Part shown: in pieces, positions 1 through 13,060 of the stretch | Numbering within the stretch: position 1 is the stretch's first letter | Layout of the letters: each line of letters starts with the position of its first letter | NCBI GenBank assembly: GCA_048013815.1 | Contig: CM106585.1 | Location: 17,236,001 to 17,300,000, forward strand | Length of the DNA stretch: 64,000 nucleotides | Reading direction: 5' to 3' | Source of the DNA: Setoptus koraiensis | Taxonomy: Eukaryota > Animalia > Arthropoda | Translations under genes and position numbers: made by a program | The notes under the pieces: model-generated | The model's database searches: none | What the model was told of the DNA's origin: nothing | The model's input: the letters and a program-made list of their open reading frames with translations, nothing else

Positions 1-683
1 CCGCTATTGTTGCAATCACTTGTAATCGCCCGCCACACTGTTATCATAGTATCGTGATAGTATCATGATGATGCACACCATGCCCAATTTGCGCCCTCTC
101 GTGCCCGGTGCCCGAGTGACACAGCGAGCTGGATATCGATAGCAAAGAGCTGCAAATCGGCCGACTAACAATTGTAAATTGAATTAACTGCCCCCAATTC
201 ACTCTGCCACTTTCAACAGCCAAGCCCAGCAAATACCTTGCTCGACTGCCGCAAAAGTTGACGTTGTTGTTGTTGTCGTTGTTGCTGTTGCTGTTGTCGT
301 TGTTGTTGTTGCTGTCGTTGTTGCTGTCGCCCCGTCGGTGTTGCAGTCAAATAGATGGATGAATTCACACGAGCCAACGCGCATTGCCTGGAGCTATTCG
401 CGGGGCGCCATCTGTCGGTCGTTGTGGAACATTTTCGCTACATAACATAGTTTGCTCAAATAATAGATAGATAGATAGAAAATGGCGCTAGTCGCAAGCT
501 GACTATGATTATGGCGTGCTGTGTGGTTGTTGCGTTGTTGGCACGAGCATCAAATTGAGCAAGGCCAACAAATACAAGATTTGTGTTGTTGCGCAAGTTG
601 TTGTGTTGTTAAATTAGCTGCAAATTAGATCGTGCAGCTCATTAGCGTTGGCATTGTGCGGCTGCTATTTGCGTAATTGTACA

Positions 684-705
684 CGCCGCCGCCGCCGCCG
701 CCAAC

Positions 706-738
<33 letters not shown>

Positions 739-787
739 GACAACAGCAGCAGCAACAACAACAGCGGCGGCAGCAACAACAACAACT
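684..787. repeat. (CGC)n followed by (CAA/CAG/CGA)n trinucleotide tract
   Basis: Read directly from sequence; it generates the spurious polyQ and polyV ORFs at 625-902. Confidence 0.95.
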
Positions 788-1388
788 ACGCGCTGACCAC
801 AACTCGACGGGTTTAGGTGACCGCCGGCGAGCTTTACCTGAGCGAGTTTTGAGCGGCGCCAGCCGAACCACTTCATCAGGGCGCCTAATTAGGCCTCATT
901 AGCGGCGCGGGGTGTTGGGCCGGCGAATGTCATTAGGGTGTTTTGTTGTGTTTGTGTCATTAGAAGGAGATTATTTGCAGTCGACTCACCTGATGCCAGC
1001 GCGCTCCGGTTACCGCGGCCAACAAAAGCGCACTGTTACATGTAAATGAATGTGTACACAAATGTAAATTGTGCGGCCGCAAATTGAAATTGCGCCCCCT
1101 GTCTCGGGCCTGACACTGGCCGGCTCATTTGCAACTATCAAACTGACAATGAAACCGGCAAACTGGCGCCCCGATTGCGGTCATGTAATTACCTATTGTG
1201 CGCTGGCTCACTGGCCAGCGGCCTATATGGCGGCCTGATTGGCCGTTGCGGGCCGCCACTGGCCGCCACTGGCCAGCCCGCCGTCTGATCATCGGCCGTC
1301 TGATCATCGGCCGTCTGATGGCGGCGCGTCGGATCCGCGAGCCGCCGTCGGACGGCGCCCACTTATCATGCGGTTTGCGCGCGTTGCC

Positions 1389-1460
1389 GCTCGGGTCGCT
1401 CGCGCTGCTCGTGCTGCTCGGGTTGCTCGGGTTGCTCGGGTCGCTCGGGTCGCTCGGGCT
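1389..1460. repeat. 9-bp minisatellite GCTCGGGTY, 8 degenerate units
   Basis: gctcgggtc gctcgcgct gctcgtgct gctcgggtt gctcgggtt gctcgggtc gctcgggtc gctcgggct. Confidence 0.9.
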
Positions 1461-2215
1461 GTCGGAACAACGGACAACAAACAAGAGAACGGAGGCCTAA
1501 TATTGCGCGAATTTTGATACTCTAATCAAGTTGTCCAATTTGACCCCGTGCGCCAGTGATTGGGCCCGTTGAGCCGCACAACAAAGCGACACCGAAATGT
1601 TGCAACAAAACAACGGGCCCCACAACAGCGACTTTTGTGCGCCACTGAGACACCAGTAACGACTTTTATTGGCCTCTAATAAATGGCTATAATTCGAGTG
1701 TCTCCCATCGGCCAACTAGATCATTCATTAGGCGCAACCCAAATTTGCTTTATTGACATGCACAAATCTGTTTTGCAAAAGTGGCCCAAAACGACCCATC
1801 GACCGGCCACCGCTGACCGGCCACCGCTGACCGGCCAACGGATAGAGTTAGTAGTCAGGCGGATAGAGTTGTAACTATGCGCGGCCAACAATTAGTTGCT
1901 GGTTGCCATTGGATTGGCTCTGCCAATGCATTGTCGCCCGATATTATTGGACATTATTTATGTCCATTGTATATATGTTTATTTCTGGCCACTCTCGTTT
2001 GGCTCTCGGGCCATTGGGCCACTCGGGCAAACAGCCAAATGGCCGAATTGCGGGACAGCCCAAAGGCCGGTCAGTTTATGAGAGCGGCGCGTTTATCAAC
2101 TGCGGGCACCTGCCACTGGAGTGGCACCACTGGGCCGCTATGCAAATGAGCGCCGCTGCCGGCCGCCAATAAATGGCCCGAGGGATGCCATCGCTGCCGG
2201 CTCGATGGGCTCGCT

Positions 2216-2287
2216 GCTCACTCGATTCGGCCCGCTCACTCGATTCGGCCCGCTCGGGCCGCTCACTCGATTTGGCCCGCTCGGGCC
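2216..2287. repeat. 18-bp minisatellite GCTCACTCGATTCGGCCC x3 interspersed with GCTCGGGCC
   Basis: Units start at 2216, 2234 and 2261. Confidence 0.85.
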
Positions 2288-4025
2288 GGTCGGGCCGCGT
2301 GCGCGCGCCATGTGATATATTCTTGTGTTTGCAAACACGCTCGCCCTTTGTTTATATCTGGTTTACATCGTCATGTCGAGCGGCGCGAGTCGCATCACTT
2401 TTGTTCCAATTGGCCTCGATCGGCACTGGCTTCGATTGGCTTCGATCGGCTTCGATCGGCCAGTCGAATTCGCGTTCGCGACATGAAGCGACATGCAGCG
2501 ACACGCAGCGACGCGGAGCGACACGGAACGAGGAGTGGCGCTGCTCTCACATTAATTGACATGATTAAAATCATCCCATCGCTGACCTATCTCACCCGCT
2601 ATATCCATGTATATATAATATATATGTATGTATATATGTATTTATTTATCGCTCGATTGTTGTCGGCAGCGTCGCTTCGGCCACTGGTCAGCTCGCAGTG
2701 GCTGTCAACAAGCGGCTTTTGTTTGGCCCACTGTCAGTGGCCGAGACAAAGACGAGGGGACACGTCGGAAGTGGCACGTCTGCACGCTGTTGTCGGCGAT
2801 GTCGATGTTGTTGTTGTTGTTGTCGGTGTTGCTGTTGTCGGTGTTGCTGTTGTCGGTGTTGTTGCTGTCGATGTTGATGTTGCTGGCGCGATTGCTTGTC
2901 GACGGGCGCGCACGTGAACGCGCGCCCAAACACGTATTTATTTATTCGTATTTATAGCCCTGTAATAGCAGCAGTTAGCGTGCTACGAGGGACCCAAAAT
3001 GAATGAAGAATCACGATATGATCAAATGGAATAACTCGCCAGCGCCATGCTGATAATGTGCGCGTGTGACCAACGATAAATACTAATGAACCAACAGAGG
3101 CGCTTATGCTCGCCCCCACTGGCCACCAGTATGCGCAAAGTGAGCACCAGTATGTTGAGCCGGCCAGCCGGCCAGTGGCACTTGTTATGCGAGACTTGTT
3201 ACGTAACGTAAAATCGTGGCTAAACATATGGGCCGATATGCTGCCATGCACGATATGTGTGCCGACAACCGGTCTCATATCTACGCGCCGGCAGCATCGG
3301 CGGCCTCGGCGGTGTCGACAGCGAGCTGTGGCCGTTCAAACAAGCGCAGGCGGCCAATTAACGAGGCCGGCGATAAATTATGCAAATTAGCAGTGCGATA
3401 TTGGGCCGCGCACAACGGTTTGCGTTGCACGCCGAGACGCCGAGACGCCGCGACGCCGCGACGCCGAGATGAGATCTGTCTGAGATCTGGCCAAGATTGT
3501 CGCCACTGTCATCATTAGCAGCTATGAGCTCGCCAAATGAAATGATGCTGCTGTTGTGCGTCAATGGGGGCCAGCAGCAGCACGACAGCAGCGCAACAAC
3601 GACTCAACCGCGGCACACACCCGCTCGCAACTCGGGTCAGCTGATGCAAGCTGCAAACAAGCGGTTCGCACATATATGAGGTCATATTATATAACAGTTG
3701 TATCACAGTTGGTTCGTTGGCGAGACCCACTGAGCTCTCATTGGCGCGAGTGTCGCGATTAGAATTGGGGCGACAGTTCGGGCGACAGTTCGGGCGAGAG
3801 TTCGAGAATGAGAGCAACAATGAGACGACAACAGCAACTTTATGGCCGGCTATTATGCATTGTTTGCTTGCATGTTGCGCAACAATACACAATATACGAC
3901 ACGTATATCGACACGCTTGCTGGTGCGATCATTTGCACGTGTTTCAAACTCGTGCAACTCGCTCTGTCCCCGTCTCGCGGCGTGTGCCCGTCATGCTGGC
4001 CCCATAAATGAGTGATGGCGCACCC

Positions 4026-4107
4026 TTGTAGCACAACAACAGCGACAGCAGCAACAGCAACAACAACAACAGCGACAACAGCAACAACAACAGCAACGAC
4101 AACAGCA
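4026..4107. repeat. (ACA/GCA/CGA)n trinucleotide tract
   Basis: Read directly from sequence. Confidence 0.9.
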
Positions 4108-7100
4108 TTCATTATAGATGATTATGATGATGATGGTGACATTGGCAACACATTGAGGGCAAGTGTGAGCTCACAATTGTCAGATGAGGCGTTAAAATGC
4201 AAATATTGTAACTCTTACTCGCTCACACTCACTTATTCACAATAACACACACAACATGGTTATTATGTAATATAGTTACATAATAACGTTGATGATGTAA
4301 TAGTATGATAATAGCTTTGTGTGTGTGTGTGTGTGACTGAAGCTTGTATGTATATTTATATGAGACTGCTTAGTTGTGCAGTGTAAACTTTATCTCGCTC
4401 TCATATCCTCGCTCATACGGTCGATAGTTCAATATAGTTTGCAACGTTATGAGATGAGGCCCCAATTGAAGCTGAGCGCTGTGTGCCCGCTATCGGGGGC
4501 GCCATTAATTAGCTCTTTAATCCAGCATCGTGTCGTCTCACTCACAACTTGTCAGCCTATCAGCTGGCGGGCCTCACAATTGTCAGTGCGCTGACAATTG
4601 TGAGACGGCATTGGTGTGCGCACTGACGTTTGCAAGTTTCGTGCAAAATTCGTGCGAAATTCGTGCAAGTTTCGTGCAAGTTTCTTGCAAGTTGCGCTCT
4701 GGGTGTGCACTCAATACTAAATGATCAAGTTTGCCTAACGGAACTTGATCAAGTGATCAGATAAGACAAGATTGGCCCCATCGAGACCCAACTGGCACGC
4801 AGCGGCAGCAGCAGCAGCAGTAATGAGGGCCAGGCACGAGTATGCTGGTTGCAAGCCAATATAGCGGCACAGAGATAAATAGGCAGGGATAAATAAAGAC
4901 GGATGAACAAAGTCTTTGTTGCACGGAGCCAGAAACAAAGATGGCGCCAAATAAAGCACCAAAAAATAAGCGCGCATATTGTTTTGAAGGGCGACACTGG
5001 GCGCTGGCGTTAAAATATCTCAACTGTTACGTGTGTAAGCGTACGTAAGCGTCAACAGTGACACGACTAACATTACGTAACACGATGGTATCAATGCGCT
5101 GCTCGAGAAACAACGACACCAACGACGACAACAAGTCGTAATATAAACAAGTGATATAATCTCGCAACTCATAGGCTGCCGCTGTTGCTGCTGCTGCTGC
5201 AAAAGATTATGTATCATGTTATGTAATATTGTAATGATATGATAGTGCGTGTGTGTGTGTGTCACTGTAGACAGTAATAATGGCTGCCGGTGATGGATTA
5301 CCATTTATGCTCTAATGATACACTTGATTAGTCAGCTGATTGCTCGGCCATGTCATAATGGAGTCGATTGTAGATAACAGTGAGTTGTTTCGGGTTGTGC
5401 TAGTTAGTTGTGATAGTTGGTAGTTGAGCCAACGACGCCGCCCGACGCCACTAATTATCATATATCATTGGTCTAGATAATATTGGTTGGATATTGCGCA
5501 CTGCAAATCACACAAGCACAAATACAAACACAAATATAAATATAAACACAAATATAAACACAAATGCAATTATGAATATAAACACAAATATAAATACAAA
5601 TGTGAATGTAAAGGCACATTTTGTATGAAGGTATGAAGGTTGGTGCCGGGCCAGAGCGCACACGCCTGGATGGCATATTGGACCGGAAGTGGGGCAAGTG
5701 AGCAAAGTTGAGCCGCTGGCTTGGCCGTTGGGCGTCATCAGCCGGTGGCAAGTCAATAGCAGAGGGGCCAGAAATAGATAGATAGAGTGTTAATGTCAAA
5801 ACAGATATCACTATAACATAAATCCGTGCACGCCGGCCCCATTCATCCATCGATGAATCGGATGATCGCTCACGCTCGAACAGAGCTTGCCATTTACAGT
5901 TTGTGTCTATATAAATAGGTGGCTGTGCACGTGCAACTGCACACAATGTGCATTGTGTGCAGTTATTGCATTACTAAATAATGCTGTATGATGCGCAGTT
6001 ATGCATAACTGCATATTATATAGTTATGCAATAGTTATATGCCGTGTATATGTTGCGTATATGTTGCGTATATGCTGCGTATATGCTGCGTATGTTTGTG
6101 AGAGCGTTTTGGTGCAGCCAATTGAGGCAGACACAAACAAAATTGTTTGCCTCACTAGGCAACAATAAGCATGAGCAAGCAAACCAGCGAGACCTGACAC
6201 ATATATTACGCAACGACAACACACTTTGCCACTCACTTTGCGCGCGGGCCCCACAAACAAGCCCGAGGTTTTTTGTGCAGCGCCAGTGGAGCCGAGAATG
6301 TCGCTCGCCGCGAATGTCGCTCGCTCGCCAGCCATCGGGCCCAAATGTGCAAATGGAGATGCAAATGAGATAATGCGTGCCCCCGATGTATATGATGATG
6401 GCGACAAGATGTGACATTTGCCGGTGGCCAGGTACGGGCACATGATCAATCCATATCTGATGACGGCGCGTTGTCAAGTTTTGCGGGCGCATTGCGCACG
6501 CGTCCAGGGATAAAAAGTTTGCAGCTTCCGAAGTTTGAATGCGCTCTCTTGAATCTCTCGCGAACACGAGCCGGCCCAAAGAAACAAGTGAAGCCTGAAA
6601 AAATAATCATATTGAAAAAAGAATAAAGCAGACGGCTGGCCAAAAATGTTGGCTGTTGCCGACAAAATGTCAATCCGGCAATCCAATTGCAACACAGCAC
6701 AGCTACATTTATTTTATTTTTATTTTGTGCCGAGCATTTTTTCCGCGAACAAACTCCTGTCGTATACATGCACCCGCACACACACACACACTGTCGGCCC
6801 AGAAAAAATATCTCTGGGCCCCTGGGCCCGTGGCTAATTGAGGCGCGCGCAGTTTGTTGATTGATTGGCTGGCTGGCTGGCTGACTGGCGATGATGATGA
6901 CGATATGGGGGCACCATTTTGGGGCACCAAGGCCAAGCTTTAGCTGGCGAAAGTGAGCGAAAAAAGGTGCACGCCAACCGTGGTGCGGATGAACCCCAAG
7001 ATCATTTTTGCCCGGTGCAAAGGTTAATTAGCCAGCAGCGAGGGGGCTAATTTGATACCTGGCGCTGCTGCCAATTTGTGTCCGTCCAGTTTGAGCCAAG

Positions 7101-8156
7101 ACAAAAAGCGCGCCCTTTATACAGACTTTATACGTATATACGTATAACTAAAGCCCGTTTGACATTTTGGCGCCGGCGCCCCAGTGAGGGTCGCCGAGTG
7201 AGAGTAGCAGCTATTTGATGGCAAAAAATCTTTTAATTTAGAAGATTCTCCACCTATGTAACACACTTTATGTGTAACATGCACAGCACTCATGTCTTGC
7301 TGATTAGCGCTGCACGCGTCGCCGCTGCGAATTGGGGCGCCGTTGCGAATTGGGGCGATCTCGTGGTCATGATTTGCAGCAGCGGCAGACAGACAGACAG
7401 ACAGACAGACGGTCAGTGGGCGCGCACACGTATTGGAATGTTTATCATGTTGTGCGCTGAATGATGGCTAGCTTTGCAATTAAAAGTGCCCGTTTGGGGC
7501 GCTTTGGGTTTTATCTGGCTTTTATCATTGATGATCAGCGCAACATGATAACGCAATAAATAGAAATAAATAGAGCCCAATGTCCAGCGGCAAAAAGTCA
7601 CTTTTTGTGTATTTGAAGAGGCAGCAAATTCTTTTCCAGAAACAAATAATAGAATAATGTGCGTGCGCGTTAAATTGGGGCCCGGCTTAAGTGGCTTTGG
7701 CGAGGCCCGTTTATAAGCGCACGCGAATTATAAACATTCCCAGGCCAGGCCAGACGCTTCCACGGGCGCTTTCACAGGGACGCTTTTAGGCATTGGCCGT
7801 TGCATAGAGGGCCGATATAGAAAATAGAAGGTTGCCCATGGAAGGGGCTTAGCCGCCGCGAACAAGTTGTAGTTGGAGCTGCGAATTATTACGCAACAAC
7901 CAAGCGAAGGCGATGTGTGTAATAAAGCCACTAGTGATATATTTATTTATATACGCCAGATATAAACAGATATATAAAAATAGAATTGTGATCAATTCAA
8001 ATGACAAATGAATTAGTTTATGGCCGGTGGGCCGGCCGAGATGCCGGGCCCCAAACACTTTTATTTGTCGTCATTTATTCGCGCGCAATGCGCGCAATGC
8101 CTAGTCTATCATGTTGAGTTTGTTATAAACATAGACTCTGCAATAACTAGGCGACA

Positions 8157-8186
8157 CAACAACAACAGCAACAACAACAACAACAG

Positions 8187-8217
<31 letters not shown>

Positions 8218-8224
8218 AACAACA
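8157..8224. repeat. (AAC)n microsatellite
   Basis: Near-perfect AAC run with a few AGC/AAT interruptions. Confidence 0.95.
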
Positions 8225-9351
8225 TGTTGTTCACTAAATGATAGATATTGCGTCATTTGTTTGCTTATAAGCTTATCTTGTTTTTTACTGCCGACTATTG
8301 CCGGCTGTTGGCCTATCCGACCAGCCGACTATCCGACCAGCCGACTATCCGACCAAATCAGCTGAATTATATTATCAGCCTGTCAGTTTATATAGAGCCG
8401 CTGCTCTAATTATCATTATCCAAAACGCTTGTTATTTGTGATTGCATCCCCGTTGCAGCGCCCCTAAATCGGCTATCCAATCAGGCGAGCAGGCACCAGA
8501 TAAGGCACCAGATAAACCGCTGCCAGCCAGCCGATTTGCCCCTGGCCCAGATTCATATTCATTTGTGAATATCGCTCGCTCGCTTGCCCGCTATAACCTA
8601 GCGCCTGTGTTATTAAATATCCACATCAGCGCATTTGTCGCATTTGTATAATTTCATTTCATTTTATCCACTCGGCCACATACATACACTACACATACTC
8701 ACAGAGAGATAATATCAAATGTGTGCTCGTGCCCCTGCACGTACCCCTAATAATAATAGATATGCGCATGTATAACGCAATACATAATAACGATAATGCC
8801 GTTTTAATGATCATAATCGCACCACTCCAGTCTCCAATCCAATCCCACTATTACTACACTTTGCACACATAGCACCACCACTAAAGCAGAGATGCGCCCC
8901 CTAGCGGGCACCGCATCCGCACACACATATCCGGCACATATCCAATAATAATATGGGGCCCTGGCGGTTATTACAATATTACATACCGGTATAGCTACGC
9001 GTATATACGCGAATATATACATATATGCGTATATATACGCACGGTATTATTATTGCCGTTATTAGCGGCTCAAGCATAGCAAACGAACCGATAATAGTAA
9101 TAATAATAATAGATGAACGCAACATAAAAATGTTACCTCACATTACGCCTGCCCACACAGTTTGACCCGCTCCCGTTTGTAATCCCACTGTTTATCCTGC
9201 CCATTTCCGGCATTGGATCAGTGCCGGGCCGGCCAATGCTGACCGTGACCCGTCAGTGATCCCGTTTGTTGTGTGTAGTTTTGCGAGTGCCCATGCAAAC
9301 CAGTGTGCACCTCATGCCGGTATGGGCCGTTTCCGCCAATATCGGGCACCG

Positions 9352-9429
9352 CCAATACCCGATATCAATACCCGATATCAGTGCCCACTATTAGTGCCCA
9401 ATATCAATGCCCAATATTAATACCCGATA
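9352..9429. repeat. 13-bp degenerate minisatellite (YYARTRCCCRATA-like) x6, preceded by an inverted unit at 9336-9349
   Basis: ccaatacccgata tcaatacccgata tcagtgcccacta ttagtgcccaata tcaatgcccaata ttaatacccgata; ccaatatcgggcac is the reverse complement of gtgcccgatattgg. Confidence 0.85.
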
Positions 9430-10308
9430 TTAGCTAACAAAACTGGTTTAGATTCAGCGTGAGAGAGGGAGAGAGAGAGAGAGAGAGAGACAATAATAAT
9501 ATCGTTTACTATTCAGCACCGCGCCATAGGCTGTGCCAACGAATGAGTGAAAGGTGCACGGATAAATGGATAAATGGATAAATGAGGGCTGCAGACCAAA
9601 GTGATATGGCAGCGCGAGACACATGCGCATAGTAATGGTAATAATAATAATAATAAAAGTCAAATAATAATAATAATAATGACAATAAAAATAGGCAATA
9701 ATAACAATAATATTAATGTCTTATCCATGTAGACAGACGTAGCGAGAGATTTGCCCGTGCAACGGGTCGCTACAGTGGCCACGCCGGCTGAGGTCGCGAT
9801 TGTCGCTATGCTCGCTGTTACTGGTTGTGTGTGTCGCCACGTTTGTCGCGACAGCGGTCGTGTGTCGCGACTCGCGCCATATATATAAATATATCGCGAT
9901 ATATATTGCGGAGATATATATATATATAAATGTATGTGTGTGTGGAGAGAGAGAGAGAGAGAGAGGCGCAAGCAACAACAAACATTTATTAGTGTCCATT
10001 ACGTAATAAACTTAATTGGCGACGCGCAAATGTTGAATATACACAACAGATTGTCATGGCGGGGCCCCACTTGACCCCGCTGCACCTCTGCCCGTGCCGC
10101 TGGCCCTATACAAGCACTAGACAGTGTGTCTAGTGTGTGTCTGGTCGCTCTTAAGCTGGCCAATATGCAATCTCTCCATCGTGCAATATGTCCCATCTTT
10201 GTGGGCGCCACCATATAGCACCGGCCTTGTCGACATATTACCAGATATAAAATTGGCCTATAACCGGCATAACGCCGCTCTTGTCTATGTTGTTGTTGTC
10301 GTTGTTGT

Positions 10309-10339
<31 letters not shown>

Positions 10340-10656
10340 GCCGCTGTTGTTGTGATATTATTGTGGCGCCAAAGTGCGGGGGTGAAAGTGCAACAACAAC
10401 GACAGACACTGCAGAGGGCGCAATAAACGACCAGCAACGAATATAATATCTACATTATTATGCAATAACACACATGCGACGACTATTGTTATTTAAGTAG
10501 GAGTTGTCGTTGTTGTTTCTGTTGCTGGTCGCCGTCACCAGAGACACCCTTTTGCGTGGCGCGCGCGCGCCAACAATGAGCCAATAAGACGCGCATTAGA
10601 CGTGCCAAACGACCAGCAACGGAACCAGCAGCGTCAACAGCGACAACAACAACAGC

Positions 10657-10687
<31 letters not shown>

Positions 10688-11043
10688 GCAACAACAACCA
10701 GCAATAATACGGATAATATTAATGCGCTATAAATATAATCAAAAATGGAACCAATTCTAGCACAGCGGCAGCCGTGGTGAGGCCCGTAGTCAGTGAGCAA
10801 CAACAGCGACACTAGATTACGTAACTGGCGCAATTTGTTATCACTTGCGCACGCTAACTGCTGTGCCAACCGGTGCCACTGATTTGATTGCGCAATAAAG
10901 TAATGAAAGCTCGCGCTGTGCCGCGCCGTGTGTGCCCGTGTATTGGTGGCGCAAGTGACTGCCCGTTCACCTCGGTCGGGCCCCTCTGGCCCCTTTGCGT
11001 ACCTGGCTCTGGCCAATCGTGCGCACCGTCTCACACTGCGCCA

Positions 11044-11150
11044 ATTGTGCAGTATATTGTGCAGTGTATTGTGCAGCGTATTGTGCAGTGTATTGTGCAG
11101 CGTATTGTGCAGTGTATTGTGCAGTATTTTGTGCAGTATATTGTGTGCAG
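11044..11150. repeat. 12-bp minisatellite ATTGTGCAGYRT, 8+ units
   Basis: Units 2-6 alternate tgt/cgt endings, giving a 24-bp higher-order period. Confidence 0.95.
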
Positions 11151-11824
11151 CAGGGTGAGACAGTGGCGACCCACTGGGCGCACAATTTGACATATAGCAC
11201 AGCAGCGGCAGCGGCAGATATTGCTCACAAGATGACGCACAGATATTTGTGGATATTTCCGGTCAAGTGAGACCGTCGCGTTGCCATTGATCGGCTAACA
11301 GGGGGCGACAGTGTGGCGACTTCATTGGCATTGCATCCATTGGACTATAAGCGACAGGCGACAAACAGCGGAAAGCGGTCAACAAAAGCACGTAAAGCAC
11401 ACACAACAAACAAGTAAATGCAAATATCATAGGCAGTATCATGCGTATTAAACTGTTATTATTGGTCCGCCAATGCTAACAGTTTTGGCCGGCGCAATGA
11501 TGAGCATTGGGGCCCAATTGGGCCGATCGGACAGGGGGCACACAATTCATGGGAATGCCCGTATTCATGGAAATGAAATTGGTTATAAATATTCGCGCTA
11601 TTTTATCCAAAAGCGCGCGTTCGACGCAACGGCGCCCCTAATGCAACCGAAATGATATATATACGCACACTTGTTTGTTTGGTGTGGCGCTAGTGGGCCA
11701 ACGAGGCCACTCAGGGATAATTTGATGCATAAGCACTTGACTTTGCTCAAACACAACACAAAATGGCCAGCGCCAGCGATCGCATTGATGGCATCATATG
11801 GATGTGACGTCATCTCTATGAGTT

Positions 11825-11881
11825 TGTCTCTCTGTGTCTCTCTGTGTCTCTCTGTGTCTCTCTGTGTCTCCATGTGTCTCT
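11825..11881. repeat. 10-bp minisatellite TCTCTGTGTC, ~5 units
   Basis: Read directly from sequence. Confidence 0.9.
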
Positions 11882-13008
11882 ATGTGGCTGTGTCTACGGT
11901 GTGGCCAATTGCGTAACACTTGCACTTTGAGATATATATACCAGACACAGATTGTGCACAGTGTGCCTGTGTTGTATATATTGTGCGGCCTTTTATAGGC
12001 CGCGCAACAATCAGCTAACTATCGCTCACTGACCAGCGGCCGGTTGTTGTAGCGCCGGTTGTTGTAGCGAGCAACGCTTAGCAAACAACAATATTGATGA
12101 TGAAAATGATACCAATACTACACCTATAACAATGTTAATATTACGCTGTCTGCACATGCATAACGAAAATGCCGCTAAAATGACGCCCAAGTCGCTAGGC
12201 CTGGCGACTTTGACGCTAGGTGACCTAGCGACGTTCGCGCACACTGTCTGGTCGTGTTGAGCCGGCATGCACAGCGCGCGCACACTGTGCAAACTGGGCC
12301 GAACACACAACGCCGAGCAACAGTGGCATCAATTTAAACTGTGCACCACTTCACATTCGTATGATAATGGATGATTTTGTCATCTTGACCCCCCCTGGCC
12401 CCCGCCGGCCCGCTGCGGACAACGGGCTCGCTGGCCCGCTCGAGCTCCCCAGAGTGCATTAGCTGTTGTGACATGCAGGGGGACAGAGGAGCGATCGCCA
12501 GCGAGAGACAAACAAACAAACAAACTTAGCATAATAATGGTCGCGTTGCATATTAACGCCGCGCACGCCGGACAAACAACGCAGAATATAGAAACAACAA
12601 ATAGTGGATAAAGCGGCAGCATAAATAAATAGTGACCGGCCGACCAGTGGCCATATAAATGGGTCCATTGGTCGCCGGCCCTCTGCCGGCCGGCGGCCAG
12701 AGCAGAGATGAAATGAAATGAGTTTGCATAATTTCGCGCTGGCTTGCACAACATCAACAACAACAGCAATAGCAGTAGCAGCAACAACAACAACGACAAC
12801 AACAACAACAACAGCGGCAGCACTGCCGGCCATTCCACTTGCTTGGCGCTTTTGTCGGCGCTGCGCCAGTGGCCGCCGCTGCCACAACAACGACAAATGA
12901 TTATGAGCGGGCCCCAAGCGCGCCCCGGCTCCATCTATTACCATTAGCGGGCCACTTGCTATGCATATTGTCGCCGTTGTTGCTGCCAATACGGCGACCG
13001 TGCGGCCA

Positions 13009-13060
13009 GTATCGGCGGTATCGGCGGTATCGGCGGTATCGGCGGTATTGGCAGTATTGC
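13009..13060. repeat. 9-bp minisatellite GTATCGGCG x4 plus 2 degenerate units
   Basis: Read directly from sequence. Confidence 0.9.

Noticed and set aside
5698-5709. GTGAGCAAAGTT, matching the 5' half of miR-87
   Set aside because: The match stops after 12 nt and I see no complementary arm for a precursor hairpin.
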